Shown here one piece after another: positions 46,718-56,048 of a stretch of DNA of 64,000 nucleotides. Numbering within the stretch: the first letter of the stretch is position 1; every line of letters begins with the position of its first letter. A program made the translations under genes and the position numbers. The notes under the pieces were generated by a model. It was not told the origin of the DNA, did no database searches, and saw only the letters and a program-made list of their open reading frames with translations. The stretch is from an uncultured bacterium (GTDB lineage: Bacteria; Edwardsbacteria; AC1; EtOH8), in the NCBI GenBank assembly GCA_963780225.1, contig CAWAAX010000026.1, forward strand, positions 13,403 to 77,402. Reading direction: 5' to 3'.

Positions 46718-47977
46718 TTGGTGTTTATGTTTGTAACTAAAGGAGAAACCGGTTTGATAAAAGACCGCACGAATGAAGAGTTGGTCTTAGAAGCTCAGAA
46801 CGGAAGTGTTTTAGCCTTTGCCGAGCTGGTTAGACGCCATCAAAAAGCTGTAAAGAAAGACCTGTCATATTCCTTCGGTATGGCCGGCGAGGCGGACGAT
46901 ATAGCTCAGGAGGCCTTTTTGAGAGCCTACCAAAAGCTGTATCTGCTGAAACCACCCCACAATTTCCTGGCCTGGGTGCAAAAGATCGCCGCCAACATGG
47001 CCCGCAACCAGCTGATCAGGGGCCCCCGTTTTGTTACCCTCGAACAATCCGAAGCATTTGAGACGGCCGTTCCGGAAGAGGATGATGGGGAAAGCGATCT
47101 GACGGCCAGGCTCGGTCCGGTGCTGCAGGCTCTGGCCGGTCTTTCCGCACCGCTGCGGGAGACCACCAGGCTATTTTACCTGAGCCGGTTTTCCCAAACA
47201 CAAATAGCCCAACGGCTGGATGTCCCCTTGGGTACAGTCAAGCGCAGACTTTGGGACAGCCGCCTGCAAATCAGAAAGGAGATCAAAATGAACGGAAAAG
47301 GCAGAACTGCGGAAGCATTGGCCGCCGCTCCAAAAATAACTATCCGGGAACTGCCGGGGGAAATTCTGGAAATAAAGACCAAAGGGCCGGGCCTGTACTT
47401 CGGGTCGGTCCTGGAAGAAGGCCACTCGGAGAGCTGTGCCTTTTTTGACTATCCCGGCGGCATTCCCACATCAACCGTGCAAACCAAGGTGGTCAGAAAG
47501 GTGGAGATGCTGGGCCGGAAATGTTATGAAGTGTTGCTGGAGCATTCCAACTGCGAGCCGCCGGAGTCCAATGAGTTGAATTATTTTGAGGATGCCGGAA
47601 AAGACTTTCGCTGGCTGATGAGCATAGGCGCAGATGGATCATATCCCGGGGTCAGGTTTTTAAAGGAGGATGAGGAGGCCTTCCCCAGGATATTCAGAAC
47701 CGGTGAGAACGAAAGTTATTCGGCCCGGGTGGTGGATCTGACGGTGGGAGAGGTTAAATACGGTAAGTGCCTGGCCGTGTTATGGTCGTGGCAGGACGGC
47801 ACCCCGGCCGAAAATATCTATACTGCGGAAGGACGGGAGGTGCTGCACCGGCGGTATGTCGGTCCCCAGGCCAAACCGTCGCGCAATTATGATCATTCCA
47901 AATTGAATGGGGATTCCTCAAAAGTATTCCGGGGACAGGAATACCGGCTGTGGTATGATACGGTCTTGATGAACTAA
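46718..47977 (+). CDS. ECF-type sigma-70 factor with a ~220-aa C-terminal extension
   Basis: Region 2 (DIAQEAFLRAYQKL) and region 4 (TQIAQRLDVPLGTVKRRL), then an unrelated C-terminal domain. Confidence 0.65.
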   Translation: MVFMFVTKGETGLIKDRTNEELVLEAQNGSVLAFAELVRRHQKAVKKDLSYSFGMAGEADDIAQEAFLRAYQKLYLLKPPHNFLAWVQKIAANMARNQLIRGPRFVTLEQSEAFETAVPEEDDGESDLTARLGPVLQALAGLSAPLRETTRLFYLSRFSQTQIAQRLDVPLGTVKRRLWDSRLQIRKEIKMNGKGRTAEALAAAPKITIRELPGEILEIKTKGPGLYFGSVLEEGHSESCAFFDYPGGIPTSTVQTKVVRKVEMLGRKCYEVLLEHSNCEPPESNELNYFEDAGKDFRWLMSIGADGSYPGVRFLKEDEEAFPRIFRTGENESYSARVVDLTVGEVKYGKCLAVLWSWQDGTPAENIYTAEGREVLHRRYVGPQAKPSRNYDHSKLNGDSSKVFRGQEYRLWYDTVLMN

Positions 47978-48035
47978 CGTCTCCATTATTAACCCAGCCT
48001 TTAAGGCTGGGTCAATAATGCCCATAAGAAAGCCC

Positions 48036-48100
48036 CCCGCCACACTTCGACTAAGCTCAGTGTCCGGCGGGGGGCTTTCTTGTTTTTTTTAATTACCTAA
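48036..48100 (+). terminator. Rho-independent terminator
   Basis: GCCCCCCGCC...GGCGGGGGGC followed by a T8 run. Confidence 0.6.
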
Positions 48101-48142
48101 ATGTTTTCGCGACTTTTAGTGCCCTTTAGTGGGAAAGCTATC

Positions 48143-48637
48143 CTATTTTTTACCGTCCATGATCATCTTCCTGGTATAAGGTATCAGCCCCCCGGCGTCG
48201 ATGATGGCCTGGCGGGCTTTTGGCAGGGGTACTATGTCGAAGCTCTTGCCGGTGGTCTTGTTGATCACCTTGCCGTTCTCGATCTCCAGCTCGTCGCCTT
48301 CGCCGGCCTCGATGTTGGGACAGATCACCATGTACAAACCGACGTTGATGGAGTTCTGCAGGAAGATCCGGGAGAAGTTCTTGGCGATCACCTTCAATCC
48401 CCAGCCCACCAGGCAGGAGGCGGCCTGTTCCCGGGAGGAGCCGCAGCCGAAGTTCTTGTCGGCCACGATGAAACTGCCGGGCTCGATCTGCTTGGCCTTG
48501 AGTTTTTTGTTGAACTCTACATCGTCCACGAAGGCGAACTGGGGGGTCTCGGTGGGGAGCACCGTGGCCATGAAGCGGCCGGGATAAATGATATCGGTGG
48601 AGATATCGGCGCCCAATTTCAATACTACTTTACCCAT
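48143..48637 (-). CDS. leuD: 3-isopropylmalate (or homoaconitate) dehydratase small subunit
   Basis: ..IIYPGRFMATV...GCGSSREQAA.. aconitase swivel domain. 164 aa. Confidence 0.85.
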   Translation of the reverse strand: MGKVVLKLGADISTDIIYPGRFMATVLPTETPQFAFVDDVEFNKKLKAKQIEPGSFIVADKNFGCGSSREQAASCLVGWGLKVIAKNFSRIFLQNSINVGLYMVICPNIEAGEGDELEIENGKVINKTTGKSFDIVPLPKARQAIIDAGGLIPYTRKMIMDGKK

Positions 48638-48639
48638 GA

Positions 48640-50079
48640 TTATTTCCTCCCTTTCTTGGTGACACCCCGAGCCTGTCGAGGGGCAGTTTTCTTGGCTATT
48701 TTCACGGCCTTCTTGGCTGGCTTCTTGGCGGGCTTGGCGGTTCGTTTGACGTTTGACGTTTTACGTTTAACGTTCTTGGCTTTCGGCGCCGGGCTCACGG
48801 TGCGGGGATCGGTGATCTCTCCCGTTATGGCCGAAGCCGCGGCGGTGGCCGCCGAGCACAGGTAGACCTCGGCGTTGGGGTTTCCCATCCGTCCCTTGAA
48901 GTTCCGGTTGGTGGTGGCCAAAGCCTTGTCGCCGTCGGCCAAAGCGCCCTGGTGCACGCCCAGGCAGGGGCCGCAGCCGGAGTTCATCACCACCGCGCCG
49001 GCCGTCATGAATATCTCCACGTAACCCTTCTTCAAAGCCTGCTGATAGATCCTGGTCGAAGCCGGGAACACCAGCATCCGGACGCTGCGGGCCACTTTCT
49101 TGCCCTTAAGAATGCCGGCTGCTATCGCCAGGTCATCCAGCCGGCCGTTGGTGCAGGAGCCGATCACGATCTGCTGGACCTTGATGCCGCGGGCTGCGCC
49201 CACCGGCTTGACGTTGTCCACGGTATGGGGGAAGGCGATCTGGGGCTCCAGCTTGGAGGCGTCGATCTCCACCACCTGTTCGTAGACCGCGTCCGGGTCC
49301 GGCCCGAACAGTTCGGGGATATTCTTGACCCCGGCTTCCTGCTTCAGGTAGCGGACGGTCTCGGCGTCCGGCGGGACGATGCCGCCGGTGGCCCCGGCCT
49401 CCACCGTCATGTTGCAGAGCACCAGGCGGCCGGAGGTGGACATCTTTTTTATGGTCTCGCCGTGGAACTCGATCACCTTGAAGTTGGCGCCCTCGGCGGA
49501 CAGCTTGCCGATCAGGTTCAAAATTATATCCTTGGGCTCGACGTATTTCGGCAGTATTCCGTTGACCACCACCTTGATGGTGCCCGGCACTTCCACGTTC
49601 AGGATCTTTCCCAAAGCCCAGACTGCTGCCATTTCGGTGGCCCCGATGCCGAAGGAGAAGGCCCCCAGCGCTCCGTGGCTGGTGGTGTGACTGTCGGTGC
49701 CCACGATGACCGAGCCCGGCAGGTCGTAACCGTTCTCGGGCAGGATCTGATGGCAGATGCCGCCCTCGTCGCCGCGGATGTCGTGGAATTTGGTGATGCC
49801 CTGTTTGGCCACGAACTCGCGGATCTTCTTCTGGTTCCCGGCGGTCTTGGAGCTCTCGGCCGGCACCCGGTGGTCAAAGATGATGGCGATCTTGGAAGGA
49901 TCCCATATCTTGGCCTCGATACCGGTGTCCTTGTAGATCTCGTTGAACTGGTTGATCACCAGCGCGCCGTTCTCGTGGGACATGGCCAGGTCTACCTTGG
50001 GCTCGACCACGTCGTTCACCTTGACGGATGCCTGGCCGGTGGCCTTGGCCAGGATTTTTTGGACCATTGTCATTCCCAT
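48640..50079 (-). CDS. leuC: 3-isopropylmalate (or homoaconitate) dehydratase large subunit with a ~55-aa Lys/Ala/Pro-rich C-terminal tail
   Basis: Aconitase-family motifs (VGTDSHTTSHG, GSCTNGR, NSGCGPCLG). The tail PAPKAKNVKRKTSNVKRTAKPAKKPAKKAVKIAKKTAPRQARGVTKKGRK is in frame with no stop. Confidence 0.85.
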   Translation of the reverse strand: MGMTMVQKILAKATGQASVKVNDVVEPKVDLAMSHENGALVINQFNEIYKDTGIEAKIWDPSKIAIIFDHRVPAESSKTAGNQKKIREFVAKQGITKFHDIRGDEGGICHQILPENGYDLPGSVIVGTDSHTTSHGALGAFSFGIGATEMAAVWALGKILNVEVPGTIKVVVNGILPKYVEPKDIILNLIGKLSAEGANFKVIEFHGETIKKMSTSGRLVLCNMTVEAGATGGIVPPDAETVRYLKQEAGVKNIPELFGPDPDAVYEQVVEIDASKLEPQIAFPHTVDNVKPVGAARGIKVQQIVIGSCTNGRLDDLAIAAGILKGKKVARSVRMLVFPASTRIYQQALKKGYVEIFMTAGAVVMNSGCGPCLGVHQGALADGDKALATTNRNFKGRMGNPNAEVYLCSAATAAASAITGEITDPRTVSPAPKAKNVKRKTSNVKRTAKPAKKPAKKAVKIAKKTAPRQARGVTKKGRK

Positions 50080-50273
50080 TCGGGCTCTCCTTATATTACC
50101 GTTTATGATGAAATATTTTATCCGCAGACTGTGTAGCGAGCGATGGCCGAACTGTTACCGCAGATTATGTTTTAATAACTCTCTGTGCCGGAAGCCTGCC
50201 CTGAGCAAGACAAGTGACTTAGCGAGCGAAGGGTTTACCCTGAGTTTATCGAAGGGTGGCTCTGTGGCTAATC

Positions 50274-50906
50274 TTAGATCTCCCGCGCCGGGGTCAGCAC
50301 CTGCTCAAAGTAAAACTTGATGGCGCTCATGGCCTGGTTCCTATAACTCCCGGACACTCCCTTCTCGCCGCTCAGGTATTCCAGGTAAGCCTTGATCTCC
50401 GCCGGGCCCAGCTCCTGGGGCGGCCGGTGCCCGGTATGGGCCAGCAACAAATTAAAATGAGACACATAGACCCGGACGGTGGCCTCGCTGTAATTGCGCT
50501 GGCGGAGTTGTTCCAGGTACTCCGGCGGCAGGGCCGGGCTTTGGGAAGATGAACGCCTTCTTTTCCGCCCGTCCGTCCGGGGCCCGTCAGCGCTCCGTTT
50601 GGCCCGCCGGCTGGGCGGGGGCGCGCCGGTGACCTCGGCCAGGCCGTCCAGCTTGGCTTGGAGGTAGGCCAGCCAGTTCTCCCGCCAGGGCATCAGCCCC
50701 TCATGGGATCCGGCCCGCCAGTGCAAGCTGGGCAGTCTCTTTTTGATCTCGGCCACTGGGATCTCATCGCCGATATCCAGCTTGATCCATTTCCGGCCCA
50801 GATGGGTGATGGGTTCACAGTAGATGGTCATCCGGCCCGCCGCTGGGTCTGGTTGGGTTCCGGGAATGTCGTGAGTTCCGTCATTCATTATCTTCTTCGT
50901 ATCCAC
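50274..50906 (-). CDS. Orphan protein whose C-terminus is a phage-integrase N-terminal SAM-like (core-binding) domain; no catalytic domain
   Basis: ..YSEATVRVYVSHFNLLLAHTG..LGPAEIKAYLEYL..VSGSYRNQAMSAIKFYFEQVL is typical of XerD/integrase CB domains. There is an Arg/Ser-rich linker. It lies 5 bp downstream of the fusion gene. Confidence 0.5.
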   Translation of the reverse strand: MDTKKIMNDGTHDIPGTQPDPAAGRMTIYCEPITHLGRKWIKLDIGDEIPVAEIKKRLPSLHWRAGSHEGLMPWRENWLAYLQAKLDGLAEVTGAPPPSRRAKRSADGPRTDGRKRRRSSSQSPALPPEYLEQLRQRNYSEATVRVYVSHFNLLLAHTGHRPPQELGPAEIKAYLEYLSGEKGVSGSYRNQAMSAIKFYFEQVLTPAREI

Positions 50907-50911
50907 CGCTT

Positions 50912-53017
50912 TTATATCGCCTGTTTTTCCTTCATGGCCTTGATCTCTTCGGCGGTGTAGCCCAGCTGGGTCAGGATCTCCTGCTGGTGCTGGCCCAATG
51001 TCGGCGGCGGGGCGTCGATGCTGGCTGGGGTGGCCGAGAACTTGGCCGACAGGTTGAACAGCTTAAGCTCGCCCAGATCCTTATCCTGGATGGTCTCGAT
51101 GGTCTTGCGGTACTTTACCTGCCCGGCGGCCAGGGCCTTCTCCAGGCTAAAGATGTCGCCGGTGGGGATGCCCTTGGCGTTCAGCGCCTCCACCCAGTAA
51201 TCGGTGGTCTGTATTTTCAATTTTTCTTCCAGCAGGGGGGTCAGCGCCTTGCGGTTCTTCTTGCGGGTGTCCCGCTCCTGGAACCGGGGATCGGTCAAAA
51301 GTTCCGGCACGCCCAGCACGGTGGCCAGGTCCTCCCACTGTTTCTGCTGGTTGGCGGCGATGTTGACGAAGCCGTCCTTGGTGACGAAGGTCCCGGAGGG
51401 GGCGGCGGTGAAGTTGTCGTTGCCCATGGCCACCGGCTGCTGTCCTCCGATCAGCAGGTTGGCCGCCACCCAGCCCATCAGGGGCATGATGGAGTCCAGC
51501 AGGGCGATGTCTATGAACTGGCCCTCGCCAGTCTTCTCCCGGTAATACAGGGCGGCCATGATGGCGAAGGCGGCGTTAAGCCCGCCCACCGTGTCGCAGA
51601 CCGGGAAGCCGGCCCGCAAGGGATGCAGGCGCTCGTCGCCGTTGACGTCCATCACCCCGGACAGGCCCTGGATGATCTGGTCGTAGGCCGGCTTAAAGGC
51701 GTCTGGCCCGGCCTGGCCGAACCCGGAGATGGCGCAGTAAACTATCTTGGGATTGATCTTCTTGATCTCGGCGTAGGAAAAGCCCAGCCGGTCCATCACC
51801 CCGGGGCGGAAATTCTCCACCACCACGTCGGCGGTCTTCAGCAGCTTGCGGAAGATCTCCTTGGCCTCCTCGGCCTTCAGGTTCAGGGTGATGGACTTCT
51901 TGTTGGCGTTCTGGGCCAGAAAGGAGGTGCCCATCAGCTTCTGGTTCAGGGCAGGAACTGCCCCCAGCTTGCGGGCAAGGTCGCCGCCCTCGGGGTTCTC
52001 GATCTTGATCACCTCGGCCCCCAAAAGAGCCAGGTGCATGGTGGAAAAGGGCCCGGACAGGACGTTGGTCATGTCCAGCACCCGGATGTTCTGCATCATT
52101 TTTTTAGGCCTCGGTTTTATCAGTGAGCCGGACCTGAGCACGGCGCCCGGCAGTTCGCGGTTAAAGAATACGGAGACTTCCTGGGCCACATCCAGCAGAC
52201 GGAACAGGTCGATGTCGGTCCTAAGCTCTGCCCGCTGCAGGGAGTGGACAAAATCCTCGGTGCTGACGTTGCCGGCCGCCACCTTGGTGAAGGGGCATCC
52301 GCCCAGGCCGCCCACCGCCGTCTCGATGTATTTCACCCCGGAGTTCAGGGCCGCGTAGCAGTTGGCCATCCCCAGCCCGTAGGTGTTGTGGAAATGGCAG
52401 GCCAGTTCCACGTTCGGGTCCATCTTCCGGATGGCTGAAAACAGCCGTTCCACCTGCTGGGGGTTGGCATGCCCGGCGGTGTCGGCCAGGCTGATGTTTT
52501 TGATCCCGGCCTCCAGGTACTTCTTGACCATGGCCAGCACCTTGTCCTCCGGTATGGGGCCGTCGAAGCCGCAGCCGAAGGCCGACTGGACCGAGGCCTG
52601 GACCTTTTTGCCGGCGTCCTGGGCCTTTTTGGCCATTGACAGGATCTGTTCCATGGCTTTTTCAGGGCTCATCCCGGTGTTCTTCTGGCTGTGGGTCTCG
52701 CTGGCCGAGACGCCCATGCAGAACATCTCCACCCCGCAGGCCAGCCCCCGCTCAAAACCCTTTTCGTTCAGCACCAGTCCGGAGAGGATGGTCTTGGGGT
52801 TCGGCTTGCCGTTCTTGGCGTAATGCTCGAACAGGGAGTCGGTGTCGGCCATCTGGGGCACCTTCACCTGGTGGACAAAGGAGCCCACCTGGATGATGTC
52901 CACCCCGGAACCCATCAGGGCGTCGATCCATTTGATCTTGAGGTCCGTGGGAACCGGCTGTTTTTCTATCTGCAGGCCGTCCCGCAGGCCTACTTCGTGA
53001 ATGAAGATTTCAGGCAT
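50912..53017 (-). CDS. Fusion protein: an HMG-CoA lyase-like (DRE-TIM metallolyase) N-terminal domain plus a family III CoA-transferase (CaiB/BaiF) C-terminal domain
   Basis: The N-terminus EVGLRDGLQIEKQPVPTDLKIKWIDALMGSGVDIIQVGSFVHQVKVPQM aligns with HMGCL. The C-terminal half has NIRVLDMTNVLSGPFSTMHLALLGAEVIKIENPEGGD. Confidence 0.75.
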   Translation of the reverse strand: MPEIFIHEVGLRDGLQIEKQPVPTDLKIKWIDALMGSGVDIIQVGSFVHQVKVPQMADTDSLFEHYAKNGKPNPKTILSGLVLNEKGFERGLACGVEMFCMGVSASETHSQKNTGMSPEKAMEQILSMAKKAQDAGKKVQASVQSAFGCGFDGPIPEDKVLAMVKKYLEAGIKNISLADTAGHANPQQVERLFSAIRKMDPNVELACHFHNTYGLGMANCYAALNSGVKYIETAVGGLGGCPFTKVAAGNVSTEDFVHSLQRAELRTDIDLFRLLDVAQEVSVFFNRELPGAVLRSGSLIKPRPKKMMQNIRVLDMTNVLSGPFSTMHLALLGAEVIKIENPEGGDLARKLGAVPALNQKLMGTSFLAQNANKKSITLNLKAEEAKEIFRKLLKTADVVVENFRPGVMDRLGFSYAEIKKINPKIVYCAISGFGQAGPDAFKPAYDQIIQGLSGVMDVNGDERLHPLRAGFPVCDTVGGLNAAFAIMAALYYREKTGEGQFIDIALLDSIMPLMGWVAANLLIGGQQPVAMGNDNFTAAPSGTFVTKDGFVNIAANQQKQWEDLATVLGVPELLTDPRFQERDTRKKNRKALTPLLEEKLKIQTTDYWVEALNAKGIPTGDIFSLEKALAAGQVKYRKTIETIQDKDLGELKLFNLSAKFSATPASIDAPPPTLGQHQQEILTQLGYTAEEIKAMKEKQAI

Positions 53018-53039
53018 GTTTGTCTGATATAAGGTTTGT

Positions 53040-53135
53040 GGTTAATAACCAGGAGGAGTGTCATTCCTGCGAAAGCAGGAATCCATTTATTTTCTGGATT
53101 CCCGCCTGCGCGGGAATGACAATGAAAAGCACGAA
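53040..53135. repeat. Nested hairpins of ATTCC(C)-N8-(G)GGAAT type between the leuB-like and fusion genes
   Basis: GTCATTCCtgcgaaagcaGGAATC...GATTCCCgcctgcgcGGGAATGAC. Confidence 0.4.
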
Positions 53136-53138
53136 AGG

Positions 53139-54257
53139 TTACAGTTTCTTGGCGATGGCCTCGGCCATTTCCAGGGTCTTGGCGCTGCCGCCCATGTCGT
53201 AGGTCCGGACCTTGCCTTCCAGGATGACGGCGGCGGTGGCCTTCTCTATCTTGTCGGCCTTTTCGGTCTCGCCCAGCCAGGTCAGCATCATCTTGGCGGC
53301 CAGAATGGTGGCGATGGGGTTGGCCTTGTACATGCCGGCGTATTTGGGGGCCGAGCCGTGGGTGGGCTCGAACACCGCCAGTTTCTGGCCGATGTTCCCG
53401 GAACAGCCGAAGCCCAGGCCGCCCACCATCTGGGCGCACAGGTCGGAAATGATGTCGCCGAACAGGTTGGTGGCCACCAGCACCTCGTAGTTCATGGGGT
53501 TCTTTAACAGCCACATGCAGATGGCGTCCACGTTGGCGTCGTCGCACTGGATGCCGGGATAATCCTTGGCCACTTCCTTGCCGATCTCCAGGAACAGGCC
53601 CTCGGTGGCCCGCACCACGTTGGCCTTGTGGACGATGGTCACCTTCTTGCGGTTGTACTTCTTGGCGTATTCAAAGGCCGCCCGGACGATCCGCTCCGAG
53701 CCTTTCCTGGTGTTGATCTTGCAGGTCATGGCGTACTGGTCCAGGGCCACGTCCTTGAAGGCGGAGAAAGGTTTGGATATCTTGGCCAGCACATCCCTCA
53801 GTTCCTGGGGCACTGGGTTGAACTCCACCCCGGAGTACAGCCCCTCGGTATTCTCCCGGAACACCACCAGGTCTATCCCCTCCTTAAAATTGATGGGGCT
53901 TCCCGGGTAGGCCTTGCAGGGACGCAGGCAGGTGTAGAGGTCGAACAGCTGGCGCATCCGGACGATGGGCGAGCGGTAGACCATTCCCTTGCCCTGAAGC
54001 TCGGGGATGAGTTCCTTCTCGGCGGCCTTGACTGGCTTGGAGGTGATGGCTCCGAACATGGCGGCATCCACCTTGCCTAAAAGATCTATGGTCCGCTGGG
54101 GGAAGGCTTCGCCCTCCTTGCACCAGAATTCCCAGCCGATGTCTCCGTGGGTGTATTCGGCGTCAAACTTGACTGCGTCCAGCACTATCTTGGCGGCTTC
54201 CATAACTTCGATTCCGATGCCGTCTCCCGGCAGCCAGGCTATCTTGTACTTGGCCAT
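53139..54257 (-). CDS. Isopropylmalate/isocitrate dehydrogenase family enzyme (LeuB-like)
   Basis: 372 aa with ..LPGDGIGIEV.. and ..NLFGDIISDLCAQMVGGLG.. (beta-decarboxylating dehydrogenase signature). Confidence 0.75.
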   Translation of the reverse strand: MAKYKIAWLPGDGIGIEVMEAAKIVLDAVKFDAEYTHGDIGWEFWCKEGEAFPQRTIDLLGKVDAAMFGAITSKPVKAAEKELIPELQGKGMVYRSPIVRMRQLFDLYTCLRPCKAYPGSPINFKEGIDLVVFRENTEGLYSGVEFNPVPQELRDVLAKISKPFSAFKDVALDQYAMTCKINTRKGSERIVRAAFEYAKKYNRKKVTIVHKANVVRATEGLFLEIGKEVAKDYPGIQCDDANVDAICMWLLKNPMNYEVLVATNLFGDIISDLCAQMVGGLGFGCSGNIGQKLAVFEPTHGSAPKYAGMYKANPIATILAAKMMLTWLGETEKADKIEKATAAVILEGKVRTYDMGGSAKTLEMAEAIAKKL

Positions 54258-54394
54258 GAGGGTCTCCTTGTGGATATTGTTAAATGTTTAATAATCTTAT
54301 GGTAAGATTATCATTTTACCTTAAATAAATGCATTATGTCAAGGGAAACGGGGCAAGGGAAACTACCGCCGGGGGCTGGTCCGCAGCCCGGCTG

Positions 54395-54742
54395 TCACTG
54401 CGATCTCTTGATCTTCCGGTGGTCAGCTTTTTTCATTTTTTTATGGTCATCGCTGACCATGCTGTCCTGGTTGGCCCACTGGGTGATGTGCCTTAGCAAG
54501 ATCGGAACATATTGATTGGCGGCCGCCGAGGAGAGCCGGTAATTGACCCATAGAGTATCCCGCTTATCCTCCACCAAGCCGGCATTTTTAAGCTGATGGA
54601 GGTGCCGGGAGACGCAGGGCTGGGAAATGCCCAGGATCGAGGTTAACTCGTTCACGTTCATGGGCTTTTCCTGCAGCATCTTCAGGATTCTGATCCGGTT
54701 CTGGTCGCTCAGGGCCTTGAAAACTTTTACCAAGTTTTTCAT
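54395..54742 (-). CDS. ArsR/SmtB family transcriptional regulator
   Basis: HTH core LSDQNRIRILKMLQEKPMNVNELTSILGISQPCVSRHLHQL. Confidence 0.8.
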   Translation of the reverse strand: MKNLVKVFKALSDQNRIRILKMLQEKPMNVNELTSILGISQPCVSRHLHQLKNAGLVEDKRDTLWVNYRLSSAAANQYVPILLRHITQWANQDSMVSDDHKKMKKADHRKIKRSQ

Positions 54743-55130
54743 GTGCTCCGTCTCAATATGCTTATATAGCTATATGGATATATGAATGATATCAAAAATC
54801 ACGGCAGGTTGTCAAGGATGTTTTTTATTGCCACGAGCTTTAGCTCGAGGTTAAAAGGTCCATCAAACGGATTGGGGTTTTAACCCCTTGTTGTTATTGG
54901 CCAGCGATTCGATTTAATTTTCTGGGGCTGAAGCCCTTTGGGTTTTAAAACATTGCCTGACACGACCTAAAGGTCGTGGCAACATAATAAGAACAATCAA
55001 CAAATACATCATCCCTTGATGCCGGAAAAACAAAAAACGCCTGTCAAAACTCCGGTTTTCGGCTTGCACAAACGGGCATATTTGTGATATCATAATAGGT
55101 TGAACCCGTAAGCTAACCCAAACTCCGGCA

Positions 55131-55874
55131 TTGGTTATGAACAAAAAAGACAGATCTCCGGTGATCGGGCTAAGCGCCCTGCGCAGCCCGGACCAGACCA
55201 GCTACCACCATATCCTGACCGGGCCCTATGTCCGGTGCATCACGGCGGCCGGGGGGTATCCGATCGTCCTGCCGGCGATAGTTGACCGCTGTGAGGAAGC
55301 CCTGTCAATGGTGGACGGACTGCTGCTGATCGGGGGCGGCGACATAGAAGGGAAGCACCTTGGCGCCGAGAACCATCCCAAGGCAAAATTCTTCAACCCT
55401 TTGCGGGACGAGTTCGAGCTGGCCCTCATCAAACTGGCGGCCCAAAGGAAGATGCCGATGCTGGGGGTCTGCCGGGGAATGCAGATGATGAATGTGGCCC
55501 TGGGCGGCTCGCTGTACCAGGACATAAACGACGAGCAGGGCACGGACTTTGACCACCAGCGGGAGAAGACCCCGGACCTGCCGGTGCATGCGGTCAGCAT
55601 TGCCTCCGAGAGCTGTCTGGCCTCCATCCTGGGGACCACCTCGCTCCCGGTCAACAGCGTCCATCACCAGGCGATAAAGGATGTTTCCTCCAAACTCAAG
55701 GCCGTGGCCTGGGCCCCGGACGGGGTGATAGAGGCGGCCGAGGCCTGCGGGGAGTCTGGTTTCATGCTGGGAGTGCAGTGGCACCCGGAGCGGATCGCGG
55801 AAAAACAGCCGGAGCAGCTGAGGCTGTTTGAAAGATTTGTCGGGGCGGCGGGAAACTATGCGCAAAGGAAATAG
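55131..55874 (+). CDS. Class I glutamine amidotransferase, peptidase C26 (PuuD / gamma-glutamyl hydrolase-like)
   Basis: Catalytic Cys motif GVCRGMQMM and HH in HPER. Confidence 0.75.
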   Translation: MVMNKKDRSPVIGLSALRSPDQTSYHHILTGPYVRCITAAGGYPIVLPAIVDRCEEALSMVDGLLLIGGGDIEGKHLGAENHPKAKFFNPLRDEFELALIKLAAQRKMPMLGVCRGMQMMNVALGGSLYQDINDEQGTDFDHQREKTPDLPVHAVSIASESCLASILGTTSLPVNSVHHQAIKDVSSKLKAVAWAPDGVIEAAEACGESGFMLGVQWHPERIAEKQPEQLRLFERFVGAAGNYAQRK

Positions 55875-56048
55875 TGGCCACAGGATACTAACTACTGACT
55901 ACCGTATACACTATCCAGTAGCCAGTAGCCAGTAGGTCACAAGTATAGTGTGGAAAATTGACGGGATACACAGGAATTGCTATAAATAAAATTCGCGATT
56001 CGCGAATCGCGAATTTAAACTTAGGACCAATTTAATGGTGAGGGTAAA

